A stretch of 64,000 bases of DNA from an uncultured Candidatus Saccharibacteria bacterium (GTDB lineage: Bacteria; Patescibacteriota; Saccharimonadia; Saccharimonadales; JAGQNJ01): the NCBI GenBank assembly GCA_964602865.1, contig CAZRSX010000001.1:19940-83939 (forward strand), in the 5' to 3' direction. The notes beneath the pieces are model-generated. The model ran no database searches and was not told the origin of the DNA. It saw only the letters and a list, made by a program, of their open reading frames with translations. The translations under genes were made by a program, and so were the position numbers. Numbering within the stretch: position 1 is the stretch's first letter; the number at the start of each line of letters is the position of its first letter. Shown piece by piece: positions 1 through 9,296 of this stretch.

Positions 1-828
1 TTCTTCGTCATCACGCACGCTGGCGTCCAGGCTGGAAATATCCTGCTTGATTTTCATGATGTGCTCGACTTTTTCGACGTCGATTTCCATTTCTTTGGCA
101 ATTTCTTCGTTGGTCGGTTCGCGGTTGAGCTCTTGGGTCAACCGGCGCTGAGTTCTGAGCAATTTATTGATTGTCTCGACCATATGCACCGGGATACGAA
201 TCGTTCGTGCCTGGTCAGCAATGGCACGCGTAATAGCCTGGCGAATCCACCAGGTAGCGTAGGTCGAGAACTTAAAGCCCTTGTCCGGGTCGAACTTCTC
301 CACCGCGCGCAGCAGTCCAGTGTTGCCCTCTTGGATGAGGTCCAAAAGGTCCAGACCTCGGCCAACGTAGCGTTTGGCAATCGATACCACCAGGCGCATG
401 TTGGCTTCGGCCATTTTATCTTTGGCCCGCTTATCGCCAGATACAACTTTATAGGCCAGCGCCAACTCTTCGTCGGGCTTGAGCAGCGGAATTTTACCAA
501 TCTCACGCAAGTATAAACGCACTGAGTCGTCCGAGATATCGTCCAAGTACACCTGTTCGGGGACCGTTACTTCCTCTTCTTCGTCTTCGGCAACCCATTC
601 GTCGGAAAAATCTTCGGCATTTGGCTCTGTTGCCTCAATGAGCTCAACACCTGCCTCGTCCAGAACTTTATAAAACGCTTCGAGCACATCGATATGTTCG
701 GGCGTATCAGGGATTTCCTTAAAAATCGCTCGCTGCTCGATCTTGCCGTCTTTTTTGGCAGTGTCGAGAAGCTTCTTGGTTATTTTTTCAATGGTTTTGG
801 GGTCGAGTTTTTTCTTGTCATTGCCCAT
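1..828 (-). CDS. rpoD: RNA polymerase sigma-70 factor RpoD, N-terminal ~276 codons (3' end lies beyond the left window edge)
   Basis: Absent from the ORF track because it runs off the edge. My minus-strand translation from ATG (complement of 826-828) gives [15 protein letters not shown]...[78 protein letters not shown], the sigma-70 region 2 signature. The start overlaps the dnaG stop by 11 nt. Confidence 0.9.
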   Translation of the reverse strand, partial: MGNDKKKLDPKTIEKITKKLLDTAKKDGKIEQRAIFKEIPDTPEHIDVLEAFYKVLDEAGVELIEATEPNAEDFSDEWVAEDEEEEVTVPEQVYLDDISDDSVRLYLREIGKIPLLKPDEELALAYKVVSGDKRAKDKMAEANMRLVVSIAKRYVGRGLDLLDLIQEGNTGLLRAVEKFDPDKGFKFSTYATWWIRQAITRAIADQARTIRIPVHMVETINKLLRTQRRLTQELNREPTNEEIAKEMEIDVEKVEHIMKIKQDISSLDASVRDDEE

Positions 829-2587
829 GGGCGGTCTCCTTTGACGTTTTGAGCAGTACGTCTAACTTCTTTACCTCTTGTAATAAATTGTCTGTCGTGG
901 CCTCGTCTGCTTCACGCATGGCAGCAGCCAGTTCAGCTTTTTTTCGTTTTACATATTGCTCTATTGTCCGTACCTGCAACCGAGCGGCTTCATAACGAAG
1001 CTCTATAGACTCGAGGTCAGCGTAGAGTTCCTCATACAGTAATATAAGTATTTTACTGTATTTGGCAACTTCTTTCAAATCTGCGTGGTGATCTTTGATG
1101 TTTTTAGCCGAAATATCCGGGTGTTTTTGTAGGAATCGCAGCATAGCGCTGGCGTCTTCACTGGCCATCATTTCTGCCCGAATTGGCTCCAGGTAGGTTC
1201 TCAGATCGCTGCGGGCAAAACAGAGTGCCAGCAGTTGGTTTTGCGTTTTATTGGCGTCAGCCTCAGCGCTAGACACAACGGTTGCTTTGTTGGCCTTTTG
1301 CCGACTCGTCGGACCTGATTTGGCAGTTTGCAGCTTCGTGTTCAGGGCTGCCTTCGTAACACCGATTTTGTCAGCGATTATACCCAGGTAGTGATCTTTT
1401 TCGACGCTGTCGCTCAGCTGGGCAACAATCGGCAATACCGTATCGGTAAAGGCTCGTTTGCCGCTGCCAGATTTTGTATCAAGTTTGTGTTCATACTGTT
1501 TGATAAGCCAGTCAATTGCGTAGTCGTAGTTGTTGATAGCCTGTTGCCACGCCTGGACATCTTTTTTGATCAGCTCATCCGGATCTTTGCCCTCAGGCAC
1601 CGTAATAATACTCAAAGAAGCACCAACTTTGCTGCTCAAGGGAATAATACGCTCCATGGCGTTCAAACCCGCTTGGTCTTGGTCAAACGCCAGGCGGATA
1701 TCATCGGTAAAACGCATGAGCTCCTTGAGGTGATACTCCGTCATAGCGGTGCCAGCAGAGGCCACGACATTGCGCACCCCTGCCTGGTGCGACGCAATGA
1801 CGTCCAAATTGCCCTCCACCGCCACTACAAACTTTTGCTTGCGAATGGCCTCTTTGGCCAGATGCAGTCCGTACACCTGACGGCTTTTGTCGTACAGCAT
1901 TGTCTGCGGTGTGTTGATGTATTTTGGTGCGTTCGGTTGGTCAGCCAGTAAACGAGCTGTGAAGCCAATTACTGCCCCCCGCGCATCTTGCAGCGGTATC
2001 ATAATCCGGCCGCGAAACATATCGCTCAGTTTGCCATAACGATCGGTTGCAAGACCGGCCTGTTTGATTTCTGCGTCGGTAAACTTCTTGGACTGGAGAA
2101 AATCGACTAGGGCAGCACCATTGTTTGGCGAGTAGCCGATCCGGAATTTCAGCGCCGTTTCTTTGCTGTAGCCGCGTTTTTTCAGGATATATTCCAGCGC
2201 CGCCGCGTTTTTACTAAATTGCACCTGATAAAACTTGGCGGCGAGCTCCAGTGCCTCTGATAGTCTGGCTTTTTGCTTTGAACGGCCGCTGTCGCCGCCG
2301 CGTTGGTATTGGTTCAAATCAACACCAGCCTTTTTAGCCAAAATCTCCAGCGCGCCCTTAAAATCCACGCCCTCCAGCTCCATGACAATCGTAAACATGT
2401 CGCCGCCCTTGCCACTACTGAAGTCATGCCATATCTGTTTTTCAGGACTCACCATCAGGCTCGGCGTCTTTTCACTGCTAAACGGACTGAGCGCTTTCAA
2501 ATTGCGCCCGGCTCGTTTGAGCTCCATGTAGTCCGCTACAACATCCTCGATAGACAGCCTTGACTTTATATCCTCTACCGCATCCAT
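818..2587 (-). CDS. dnaG: DNA primase DnaG (zinc-ligand residues substituted)
   Basis: 589 aa. N-terminal EKTPS...GKGGD primase zinc-binding-domain pattern, then a TOPRIM-like region ([17 protein letters not shown]). Classical dnaG-rpoD arrangement. Confidence 0.9.
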   Translation of the reverse strand: MDAVEDIKSRLSIEDVVADYMELKRAGRNLKALSPFSSEKTPSLMVSPEKQIWHDFSSGKGGDMFTIVMELEGVDFKGALEILAKKAGVDLNQYQRGGDSGRSKQKARLSEALELAAKFYQVQFSKNAAALEYILKKRGYSKETALKFRIGYSPNNGAALVDFLQSKKFTDAEIKQAGLATDRYGKLSDMFRGRIMIPLQDARGAVIGFTARLLADQPNAPKYINTPQTMLYDKSRQVYGLHLAKEAIRKQKFVVAVEGNLDVIASHQAGVRNVVASAGTAMTEYHLKELMRFTDDIRLAFDQDQAGLNAMERIIPLSSKVGASLSIITVPEGKDPDELIKKDVQAWQQAINNYDYAIDWLIKQYEHKLDTKSGSGKRAFTDTVLPIVAQLSDSVEKDHYLGIIADKIGVTKAALNTKLQTAKSGPTSRQKANKATVVSSAEADANKTQNQLLALCFARSDLRTYLEPIRAEMMASEDASAMLRFLQKHPDISAKNIKDHHADLKEVAKYSKILILLYEELYADLESIELRYEAARLQVRTIEQYVKRKKAELAAAMREADEATTDNLLQEVKKLDVLLKTSKETAHGQ

Positions 2588-2724
2588 ACTAACTAGAATA
2601 TAGAAGTTAGAGGTTAGAAGCTAGCATAGGCACGTTAATGTACAAAGAGCCCGATTATTTACTCCGACTCCTTTCTTGATGTCTTTTTTAGGCCGACAGA
2701 ATGTTGTTTACTTTTTTTCTAACC

Positions 2725-3087
2725 TTAGGCAGCTTTTTGCTCACCCTTCTTTAGGGCGTTAACTCGATCATATACAGCGGCGGCCTCCTTAGCTTGATAG
2801 TCGGCTGTTGCACGTTCTTTTGCAGCAAGTTTAGCATGATGATTAGCCGCCCTGCTTGCGTTAAGCGTTCGTGGCTCTAATCGATATCCTCCTTTGGATC
2901 GAGGATTAACCGTCTCTTCATAATTTGGGTCACCTAAATGTTCCGTTGCATTGAGTGCATTATCTGAGTGAAATCCAACCATGGATTCGGCAGTCTTTGA
3001 TGCATATGCCATAGCTTTAGCTTTATCAGAATCTACGACGGCGTCAGGGTGATGTTGCGTGTACTCCAGATTGCCGTCATGAATCAC
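2725..3087 (-). CDS. hypothetical protein
   Basis: 120-aa ORF with a GTG start. A strong RBS plus ATG (complement of 3164-3166) lies about 80 nt upstream in another frame, so the 5' end or frame is uncertain. Confidence 0.4.
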   Translation of the reverse strand: MIHDGNLEYTQHHPDAVVDSDKAKAMAYASKTAESMVGFHSDNALNATEHLGDPNYEETVNPRSKGGYRLEPRTLNASRAANHHAKLAAKERATADYQAKEAAAVYDRVNALKKGEQKAA

Positions 3088-3317
3088 ACGCTGTGCCGCT
3101 TGGGTTGCTTCGGCATCAAGCTGTGCTTGTTCTGACTGGTGTTGATTGTGGGACTTGTTCGCTCATTTTGTTTCCTTATTTAGCTTTTTTTGTTTGTCAG
3201 TCTTGTTTCAAGATTATCACAGTTGTGCTTATTTGTCAACAATATTCTGTCGCCTGCGCGTCTCTACACCTGTACATATCTTCACTTTTGTGCATTTCAT
3301 CACTTGCCCACCTCATC

Positions 3318-3379
3318 AACAACAACACATACATCCGTTTTGTGACGGCCGTCACAAAACGGATGTATGTGTTGTTGTT
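3318..3379. repeat. 62-bp perfect palindrome (31-bp arms, no spacer)
   Basis: AACAACAACACATACATCCGTTTTGTGACGG|CCGTCACAAAACGGATGTATGTGTTGTTGTT, checked base by base (3318 pairs with 3379, down to 3348 with 3349). Sits in the divergent intergenic region between 2725-3087(-) and 3435-4040(+). Confidence 0.95.
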
Positions 3380-3434
3380 CGAATACGAGCTTTATATCTT
3401 CTGTTAATGTCTCTCTTATGCTTAAATAGTACGT

Positions 3435-4040
3435 ATGCAACCGCAGCAACAGCCTGGGCAATTCAATTCCCAGCAGTATGATTTCATCATGAACAACCCG
3501 CAGCCAAAGAAGTCTTTGTTTGGCGGTGGCAGCAACAGTAAAACGCGAATACTGATACTTGCTATTGTTGGACTGATGGTCGTCACCTTCTTCATTATTA
3601 TCGTCAGCAGCCTGCTCGGTGGTGGAGGCAGTAGTAAAGATCAACTGATGAGCATTGCAACGCAACAAACTGAGATTATGCGTGTCGCTGCGATCGGTAC
3701 CGACAAAGCAACGGGGGTTAACGCCAAGACTTTGGCAGTCAGCACGAACCTGGCACTGAGTACCGATAAGGCCGCTGTGGTCAAGCGTATCAGCGGCAAA
3801 ACGTCCGAAAAAGATCTGGCACTGGGCAGAGACAGCGAGACCGATACCAAGCTCACCACTGCTGAGCAAAACGGCACCTTTGACACGATATTTACGACCA
3901 TTATGCGGGAGCTGCTGGTTGACTACCAGTCAGATCTGGAGAGTGCGTACAACGCAACAAGTGCTGAAGCAACCAAGCAAGTACTGGCGCAAGCCTATGA
4001 AAACGCTCGCGCACTGCTTGACACGACTAAGACAAACTAG
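3435..4040 (+). CDS. hypothetical membrane-anchored protein
   Basis: 201 aa. Q/P-rich N-terminus, one hydrophobic helix (ILILAIVGLMVVTFFIIIVSSLL), then a soluble domain. Confidence 0.55.
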   Translation: MQPQQQPGQFNSQQYDFIMNNPQPKKSLFGGGSNSKTRILILAIVGLMVVTFFIIIVSSLLGGGGSSKDQLMSIATQQTEIMRVAAIGTDKATGVNAKTLAVSTNLALSTDKAAVVKRISGKTSEKDLALGRDSETDTKLTTAEQNGTFDTIFTTIMRELLVDYQSDLESAYNATSAEATKQVLAQAYENARALLDTTKTN

Positions 4041-4369
4041 TCCGTTATACCAGCAACGAGATTATACGAATGACTGATGAGGTCTTGGACCTGCTCCCAG
4101 CCGAGCTGACCGGAGAGTATGATGGTGTTCCAGTGTTTTTTGTTCAGGTGATAGCCTGGCAGCACGGTTTCGTATTTTTCGCGCAGCGTTTCTGCCAGCA
4201 GCGGGTCGCACTTGAGGCTAATCCGCACCGGGTTAGTATTTTCTGGAATCAGCGCGAACATCTTATCACCTGCTTTGTAGACGGCAACATCTTTGCCAAA
4301 CGGATAGTCCAATCTAGCGTTCGGCATACTTAATACGTAGGCTTCGACTACTTTATGACTTATCGCCAT
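4037..4369 (-). CDS. MmcQ/YjbR-family DNA-binding protein
   Basis: I trimmed the ORF-track entry 4037-4570 to the internal ATG (complement of 4367-4369). The 110-aa product MAISHKVVEAYVLSMPNARLDYPFGKD...HLNKKHWNTI matches the YjbR/MmcQ pattern. The longer N-terminus overlaps orn. Confidence 0.65.
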   Translation of the reverse strand: MAISHKVVEAYVLSMPNARLDYPFGKDVAVYKAGDKMFALIPENTNPVRISLKCDPLLAETLREKYETVLPGYHLNKKHWNTIILSGQLGWEQVQDLISHSYNLVAGITD

Positions 4370-4916
4370 GTTTATTGAACCATTCCAGATAATATTGCAA
4401 TTCGGCGATGGAGCCTTGGATGTCTTCGAAAGCACGGTGCACTTCTGGCTTTTTGAACTCCAGACCAAAGCGGCCGTGCATAAACACCTTCCAGGCACTG
4501 ACATCCAGCATGCGGTAGTGCAGCTTGAGGTCAAGCGCCGGCATCCACTGTTTGATAAATATGCGGTCATTCCAGATAGAATTACCGCCCATGATGGCTG
4601 CCTGGCTACCGAAGTGCTCGTTGAGTAGCGCTATCATTTCCTTTTCGACTGTCTTGAGCGTTTTGCCTTTGCTCAGGCCATTAACAAATGCTTCGCGGTT
4701 TTCCGGATAGTTCTGCCACCAGGCGTTGGCCTGCATGCGTTTGACCACCAGCTCACGCGGCTGCTTGATGCAGGCCTCGTAGGTAGCCAAGGTTTTGAAC
4801 TCCATATCGGTTATTTCAGCGGCGATTTCCAGGATAACGTCTTTAATCGGGTCTAGTCCGGTCATTTCCAGATCCACCCAGACAATTTTTGTCGGTTTTT
4901 GGTTGCGATGCTTCAT
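4353..4916 (-). CDS. orn: oligoribonuclease (DEDDh 3'-5' exonuclease)
   Basis: 187 aa. IVWVDLEMTGLDP...GGNSIWNDRIF...HRAFEDIQGSIAEL are typical Orn motifs. Confidence 0.85.
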   Translation of the reverse strand: MKHRNQKPTKIVWVDLEMTGLDPIKDVILEIAAEITDMEFKTLATYEACIKQPRELVVKRMQANAWWQNYPENREAFVNGLSKGKTLKTVEKEMIALLNEHFGSQAAIMGGNSIWNDRIFIKQWMPALDLKLHYRMLDVSAWKVFMHGRFGLEFKKPEVHRAFEDIQGSIAELQYYLEWFNKHGDKS

Positions 4917-4925
4917 TACTATCTA

Positions 4926-5735
4926 TTATACGCCACGAATGGCGTCAGCGAACAGTTTTGGGTGATTGAGCGGGATTTGATGGTCGCCCGAAACAGTTAT
5001 GAGTTTGGCATATGGATTAGCAGTAGCGGTCGCCGCCAACATATCAGCGTCAGCAACCAGAGAATCTTCGGTCGCCATAATCAGTGAGATGGGCACCGTA
5101 ACCGTTGCCAAATCTTCAAGCGCCATGTCCGACAAAAAATTTTGGGCCACAATTTTCTTGCGAGTATGTGCTTTGTGCCGAGTAGTGTCCTTGGCAATAT
5201 GCGTCGGCACTTCGCGTATTACCAGCGGCGCGACCGTCCTGGGCAGATAGCTTATCCCTTTTGCCAGCTGAAAGGCCGCCCGTTTTCTGAACTGACTATG
5301 TTGTAGCTTGTGGTAGCGCGGTGACATGCTCAGCACTTGGTCAATCAACCGGCCATCCTCAATAAATGGCAATCCACTGATAATCAGGCGCGAGAAACGT
5401 TCGGGTTCGCGCACTGCCCAATGCAGTGCGATGGCAGCACCCATAGAATGGCCAACCAGCACATAGGGTGGCCGGATAGCTGCGCCATCAAAGCTCCGTA
5501 TCAGCCATTCGATATGCTCATCAAGCGTATGCGCCGAACGCCGTGGCTTTGGAGACGCGCCAAAACCCAACAAATCTGGGCGAACCGTGCGAACTTTGTC
5601 AGTCGGCAACTGCTCAATAACACTATTCCAGTAGCGGTGCGTGGATATAAACCCGTGGAGCAGTACGACGGTACGGCCTTGCCCTTGGATAAAAAGCTGT
5701 AGCGTTTTGGGCTGCTCTTTCTTGGGATTCGTCAT
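4926..5735 (-). CDS. alpha/beta-fold hydrolase
   Basis: 269 aa. VVLLHGF oxyanion region and GHSMGA nucleophile elbow. Confidence 0.75.
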   Translation of the reverse strand: MTNPKKEQPKTLQLFIQGQGRTVVLLHGFISTHRYWNSVIEQLPTDKVRTVRPDLLGFGASPKPRRSAHTLDEHIEWLIRSFDGAAIRPPYVLVGHSMGAAIALHWAVREPERFSRLIISGLPFIEDGRLIDQVLSMSPRYHKLQHSQFRKRAAFQLAKGISYLPRTVAPLVIREVPTHIAKDTTRHKAHTRKKIVAQNFLSDMALEDLATVTVPISLIMATEDSLVADADMLAATATANPYAKLITVSGDHQIPLNHPKLFADAIRGV

Positions 5736-5738
5736 TGA

Positions 5739-6119
5739 TTATTTTTGTTTGGGCTTATCAAGCTTATCAAGTTTTAACCATCGAAACGTAAAGTAAATAA
5801 TGGCCGCGATGACAAAAAAGTTGATCAGCGAGTAGACAAACGCGCCCCAGGCAAAGGTTGCCGTCTGTCCATTAAACGTTAGGTGGAAGACCTTGCTGCT
5901 CAGGCCGTCGCCGCTGCCGACAATCAGGCCTAAAATCGGGTTCACAAAACTTAAGGTCAACTGGTCAACCAGAACTTTGGCCTGTGCACCGATAGTAAAT
6001 CCGATGGCTAGGCCGACGACACCTTGCGTGCGGACGAATTCCAAAAAACCGCCGAATTCGTTTTTGGTTCGGGCTCGAACCCGCTGCTGCAATTTTGGTT
6101 TGGGTTGTTGTTCTGACAC
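5739..6119 (-). CDS. mscL: large-conductance mechanosensitive channel
   Basis: 126 aa. FLEFVRTQGVVGLAIGFTIGAQ...VNPILG is the MscL TM1 signature. Confidence 0.85.
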   Translation of the reverse strand: MSEQQPKPKLQQRVRARTKNEFGGFLEFVRTQGVVGLAIGFTIGAQAKVLVDQLTLSFVNPILGLIVGSGDGLSSKVFHLTFNGQTATFAWGAFVYSLINFFVIAAIIYFTFRWLKLDKLDKPKQK

Positions 6120-6131
6120 TGACGCATCCTC

Positions 6132-6557
6132 CTATCGAAGTAGCCCGAGTACCGCACCCATTACTCCGATGGACACAATATCGCCCAGCGCTGTAATCAT
6201 AATGTATTCTGATGATTTGCCTTCAAAAAAGTTGTGCATGAGCTTGTTGGTTACGATAAAGCCACCTGCAACCAGCACGCCGAGCAATGCGCCGCTGAAC
6301 ACGCTGTCGAGTGCAAGCACATCGTACAGTACCGCCAGCGCCGTAGCACTCACGAAAATGGTCACTGCCCCACCACCCATGGTTTTGACCATGTTGGGGT
6401 TGTCGATCTGTTTTTTCGTCAGCCCTGCACCTTTCATCCAAGCCTTACCAAACACACTTTGCGAATACCAGACGGCTCCAACCGCAAAAGCAGCGGCAGC
6501 CGCGGCAAGCACTGCGATCCAGTTAAGTTGACCAATGTAATCCATGAGCACTTCCAT
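6132..6557 (-). CDS. DUF1761-like membrane protein
   Basis: ORF-track entry 6132-6647 trimmed to the ATG at complement 6555-6557, preceded by GAGAGG. The product has four hydrophobic segments and FAVGAVWYS...FGKAWM. Confidence 0.5.
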   Translation of the reverse strand: MEVLMDYIGQLNWIAVLAAAAAAFAVGAVWYSQSVFGKAWMKGAGLTKKQIDNPNMVKTMGGGAVTIFVSATALAVLYDVLALDSVFSGALLGVLVAGGFIVTNKLMHNFFEGKSSEYIMITALGDIVSIGVMGAVLGLLR

Positions 6558-6699
6558 TCCGTTACACCTCTCTTCCTTGGTTGGTCTGATGCACTTAATC
6601 CCGACTATCTTACACCTTGTGAAGATGTAACGGGATCCATGGCTCACCCCTCCTTGTTAATTATGAGTCCAGTATACAATGAAACGAGCCCGAAGTCAG

Positions 6700-8373
6700 T
6701 TACATGCGCTCAGGTGCTGGAATATTAAGCAATTCTAGCCCATTTTTGAGTGTTGTAGTGTACAAAAGCACCAGAGAGACCCTGTCCACCTCTCTGTCGC
6801 TACCTATCACTCGGTTGTTTTCATAAAACCGATTAAACACCTGGGCAAGTTCATACAAGTAAATACAGATGTGGTGCGGCATCATGTCAGCGACCGCCCT
6901 ATCAACTGTCTCTGTGTACTCGCTAAGTTTTCGCACTAATAATCGTTCCTCCGGATTGAGTTCTGCGGGATAAGCGCGCACATCTTTTGCACCGGCTTGT
7001 TTGGTTTTACTAATGATACTTCTGGCTCTCGCGTGAGCGTACTGCAGGTAGGGGCCGCTGTTTCCCTGAAGACTAACTGACTCAGCAACATCAAAAGCTA
7101 TATCGCCGCCCAATCGCTGCTTCAAAAACGAGTATTTGATAGCACCGAGCGTTATTGCCTCCCGGATCTCTGGAGTTTCAGCCTCAACCTGACTTCTCAC
7201 CGCCTCTACTACATCGACCGCCCTTGTCACATTGCCGAGCCGTGAGCTCATCTTTTTACCATCGCCAAACAATACTGTTCCGTTGGTGATGTGCTGTTGT
7301 TTTTCTGCCAGCTCTTGATCAATTTTTTGCACGGCAGCAAACACTACCTTCATGTACTCACTTTGGTCATTTCCAGTCATCACCACCCGTTTGTTATAGG
7401 CAAAGTCTTTGACCTCGCTAACGATAACGCCCAAATCTTTAGTCTCATACGTTGGCAGGCCTTGGGAGGTAATAAACACCCTGGTGTGCAAGCCGCCTTC
7501 TTCCCCAGGGAAAATTATCGCACCCTCGCTCTCTGTAAAGACACTGCCGGTGTGTTTTTTGACCAGTTCAGTGCCTGGCGTTATGGTTGTACTCTCCGGG
7601 TAAAACTTATCGAACGGCGCAACTTGCAGCGCTTTGTATAGATCTTTTATGTAATCGTAACTCCACTCGCGGCAGGTCCAATAAATTTGGGCGAGTGGGC
7701 TGTCGTGGTCGTCGTTGCTATGAAACTCGTAGACCTGTTTGTTGTAAGCTTCGATTTTAGCCTTCGCGCTATTGTCTTCTTCATGAGCTTTGGCACCGGT
7801 CACGTAAGCCTGGCTGATCCATTTTGTACGCTCGTCAGGTGTAATATCGGCCAGTTTCTCGGGATTTTCCCCACCCAATTTGCTGCAGGCGCCGTATAAA
7901 AATCGGGCAACATGCAAGCCGACGTCTCCGCCAAAATTAGCTCTGTAAACTGTCGCTCCTGATGCTTCCAGCAGTCTGCCGATGGTGTCACCAGCAATTG
8001 TTTGGTACAGATGCCCCGTATGCAGCTCCTTAAAGGCATTCGGGTTTGAGTACTCCAGAAGTATCTTCTGGCCTTCTAAGGATTTCTCGGGCGTTGTCTG
8101 TGCCGCGTTCCACAGCGCTTCATCGTTCAGGGTGATATTGATGAACCCGGGGCCAGCAACTTCAGACTTGGCGATCATTGAACTACTTGTTAGTTCGGCT
8201 GCGATTTTCTCGGCAACTTCACGAGGATTCTGGCCAAGTTTTTTGCCAAGCTGCAAAGCAACATTGGTAGCAAAATCACCGAATTGCTCGTCAGGGCGTG
8301 TTAACTCCACCGCGACGGCTTCATCAAAGGCGGCATGGACTGCTTTTTGCAACAACTCCTGAATTTCTTTCAT
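6700..8373 (-). CDS. argS: arginine--tRNA ligase
   Basis: 557 aa. Class I HTGHL (HIGH-type) and KMSSRLG (KMSKS-type) motifs with an ArgRS-like overall pattern. Confidence 0.95.
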   Translation of the reverse strand: MKEIQELLQKAVHAAFDEAVAVELTRPDEQFGDFATNVALQLGKKLGQNPREVAEKIAAELTSSSMIAKSEVAGPGFINITLNDEALWNAAQTTPEKSLEGQKILLEYSNPNAFKELHTGHLYQTIAGDTIGRLLEASGATVYRANFGGDVGLHVARFLYGACSKLGGENPEKLADITPDERTKWISQAYVTGAKAHEEDNSAKAKIEAYNKQVYEFHSNDDHDSPLAQIYWTCREWSYDYIKDLYKALQVAPFDKFYPESTTITPGTELVKKHTGSVFTESEGAIIFPGEEGGLHTRVFITSQGLPTYETKDLGVIVSEVKDFAYNKRVVMTGNDQSEYMKVVFAAVQKIDQELAEKQQHITNGTVLFGDGKKMSSRLGNVTRAVDVVEAVRSQVEAETPEIREAITLGAIKYSFLKQRLGGDIAFDVAESVSLQGNSGPYLQYAHARARSIISKTKQAGAKDVRAYPAELNPEERLLVRKLSEYTETVDRAVADMMPHHICIYLYELAQVFNRFYENNRVIGSDREVDRVSLVLLYTTTLKNGLELLNIPAPERM

Positions 8374-8413
8374 AACTGAGGTCAGTATACCAGAAGTTAG
8401 AGCTAACCCATAT

Positions 8414-8553
8414 CTATCTGTCGGCTAAAAACTTCAGATCTGGTACTTTCAATCTCTTTTTCGTTTTCGGTTCGTACCGACAGGTACGACCAAAAGCCGA
8501 GAAAACAGATTGAAAATCATACCAGCTGCTAAAATTTCGCTATCAACAGATAG
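8414..8553. repeat. long imperfect inverted repeat or hairpin upstream of argS
   Basis: Centre is CGTACC-GACA-GGTACG (~8473-8488). Outer arms pair as GGTACTTTCAATCT with AGATTGAAAATCATACC and TCTATCTGT with ACAGATAGA. Boundaries are approximate. Confidence 0.5.
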
Positions 8554-8567
8554 ACGTGGAGTAGGTC

Positions 8568-9275
8568 TTAGGACTTTTTGTACCGACCAAGCATAGAAAC
8601 CAGCTCGTAAACCACCGCATAGGTACTGGCAATCACCACAAAAAACACCAGCGTAATGATATAGGTTTGGGCGTGCCCTAACGGATTAATAATCCGCTCT
8701 GAGAGGTCAAACAGAATCCCGGCCGGATTGAACAAAACGTCCCAGGTATTCCAGCGCAGATAGCGACCAAGATAGATGGCAAATCCGCTGGCAAGCAATA
8801 CAAGGCCGATCAGGCTATGGGCATATCGCAGGCGAAAACGCTGCAGCAGCAATCGGTGAACCACAAATACACTGATGTAGCCAAGAATGAGTCCGTTCAA
8901 GACAAAGGACATCATCATGGCAACGTCGTAGAGCACAAGCGTCTCTCCGGAACTCTGCAGATGAATCAGGTCGCTCATGATATAAAAACTATTTGGCAAA
9001 AAGCCCAGCCAAACCACAAACAACAAGAGGTTCTGCCAATGACTGAGCGGTTTTTTATCAAGATTGGCGCGCAACCCAAACGCAAACAACACCGGTAGCC
9101 AAGCCAAAAACAGGTTCCAGAGCATAAACCAGAAACGGTTGTTGCCCGCCGCCAGCATGCGAATTGCCAACAAGCTGACGCTGACCATGCTTGACGCGAA
9201 TAGTATTCCCAGTACCCGACCCGTGACAGGTAGTTGTGCTGTTTTCACTCCCCCATTGTACCGCGGTTTTGCCAA
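8568..9275 (-). CDS. DUF1361-like polytopic membrane protein
   Basis: 235 aa, about 6 hydrophobic helices. The family call rests on general pattern only. Confidence 0.5.
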   Translation of the reverse strand: MAKPRYNGGVKTAQLPVTGRVLGILFASSMVSVSLLAIRMLAAGNNRFWFMLWNLFLAWLPVLFAFGLRANLDKKPLSHWQNLLLFVVWLGFLPNSFYIMSDLIHLQSSGETLVLYDVAMMMSFVLNGLILGYISVFVVHRLLLQRFRLRYAHSLIGLVLLASGFAIYLGRYLRWNTWDVLFNPAGILFDLSERIINPLGHAQTYIITLVFFVVIASTYAVVYELVSMLGRYKKS

Positions 9276-9284
9276 AATCCAGGG

Positions 9285-9290
9285 TATAAT
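9285..9290 (+). promoter_or_regulatory. candidate -10 box (TATAAT) 6 nt upstream of the ATG at 9297, suggesting a near-leaderless mRNA
   Basis: GGGTATAATACTGGCATG. There is no Shine-Dalgarno sequence between the box and the ATG. Confidence 0.35.
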
Positions 9291-9296
9291 ACTGGC

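Noticed and set aside
61-673. ORF-track entries 61-516(+), 138-506(-) and 479-673(+)
   Set aside because: Another minus-strand frame encodes an unmistakable sigma-70 region 2 sequence continuous from the ATG at 828 to the window edge. These ORFs are overlapping-frame artefacts.
2725-3166. Possible frameshifted longer form of the 2725-3087 gene
   Set aside because: A strong RBS plus ATG at complement 3164-3166 opens a 16-codon frame that stops. The 120-aa frame is open upstream to a TGA but has no ATG. This could be a frameshift, a sequencing error or a GTG start. I cannot decide from one sequence, so I kept the GTG call at low confidence.
3093-3869. ORFs 3093-3407(+), 3146-3481(+) and 3300-3869(-) crossing the palindrome
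   Set aside because: 3146-3481(+) and 3300-3869(-) contain the same peptide (HIHPFCDGRHKTDVCVVV) only because the DNA is palindromic. All three have Cys/Phe/Leu-rich nonsense-like composition and overlap the better-supported gene at 3435-4040.
4370-4570. N-terminal 67-aa extension of the MmcQ/YjbR-like ORF
   Set aside because: The extension overlaps the well-supported orn gene on the same strand in another frame and is Cys/Ser/Thr-rich nonsense. The internal ATG yields a family-typical 110-aa protein.
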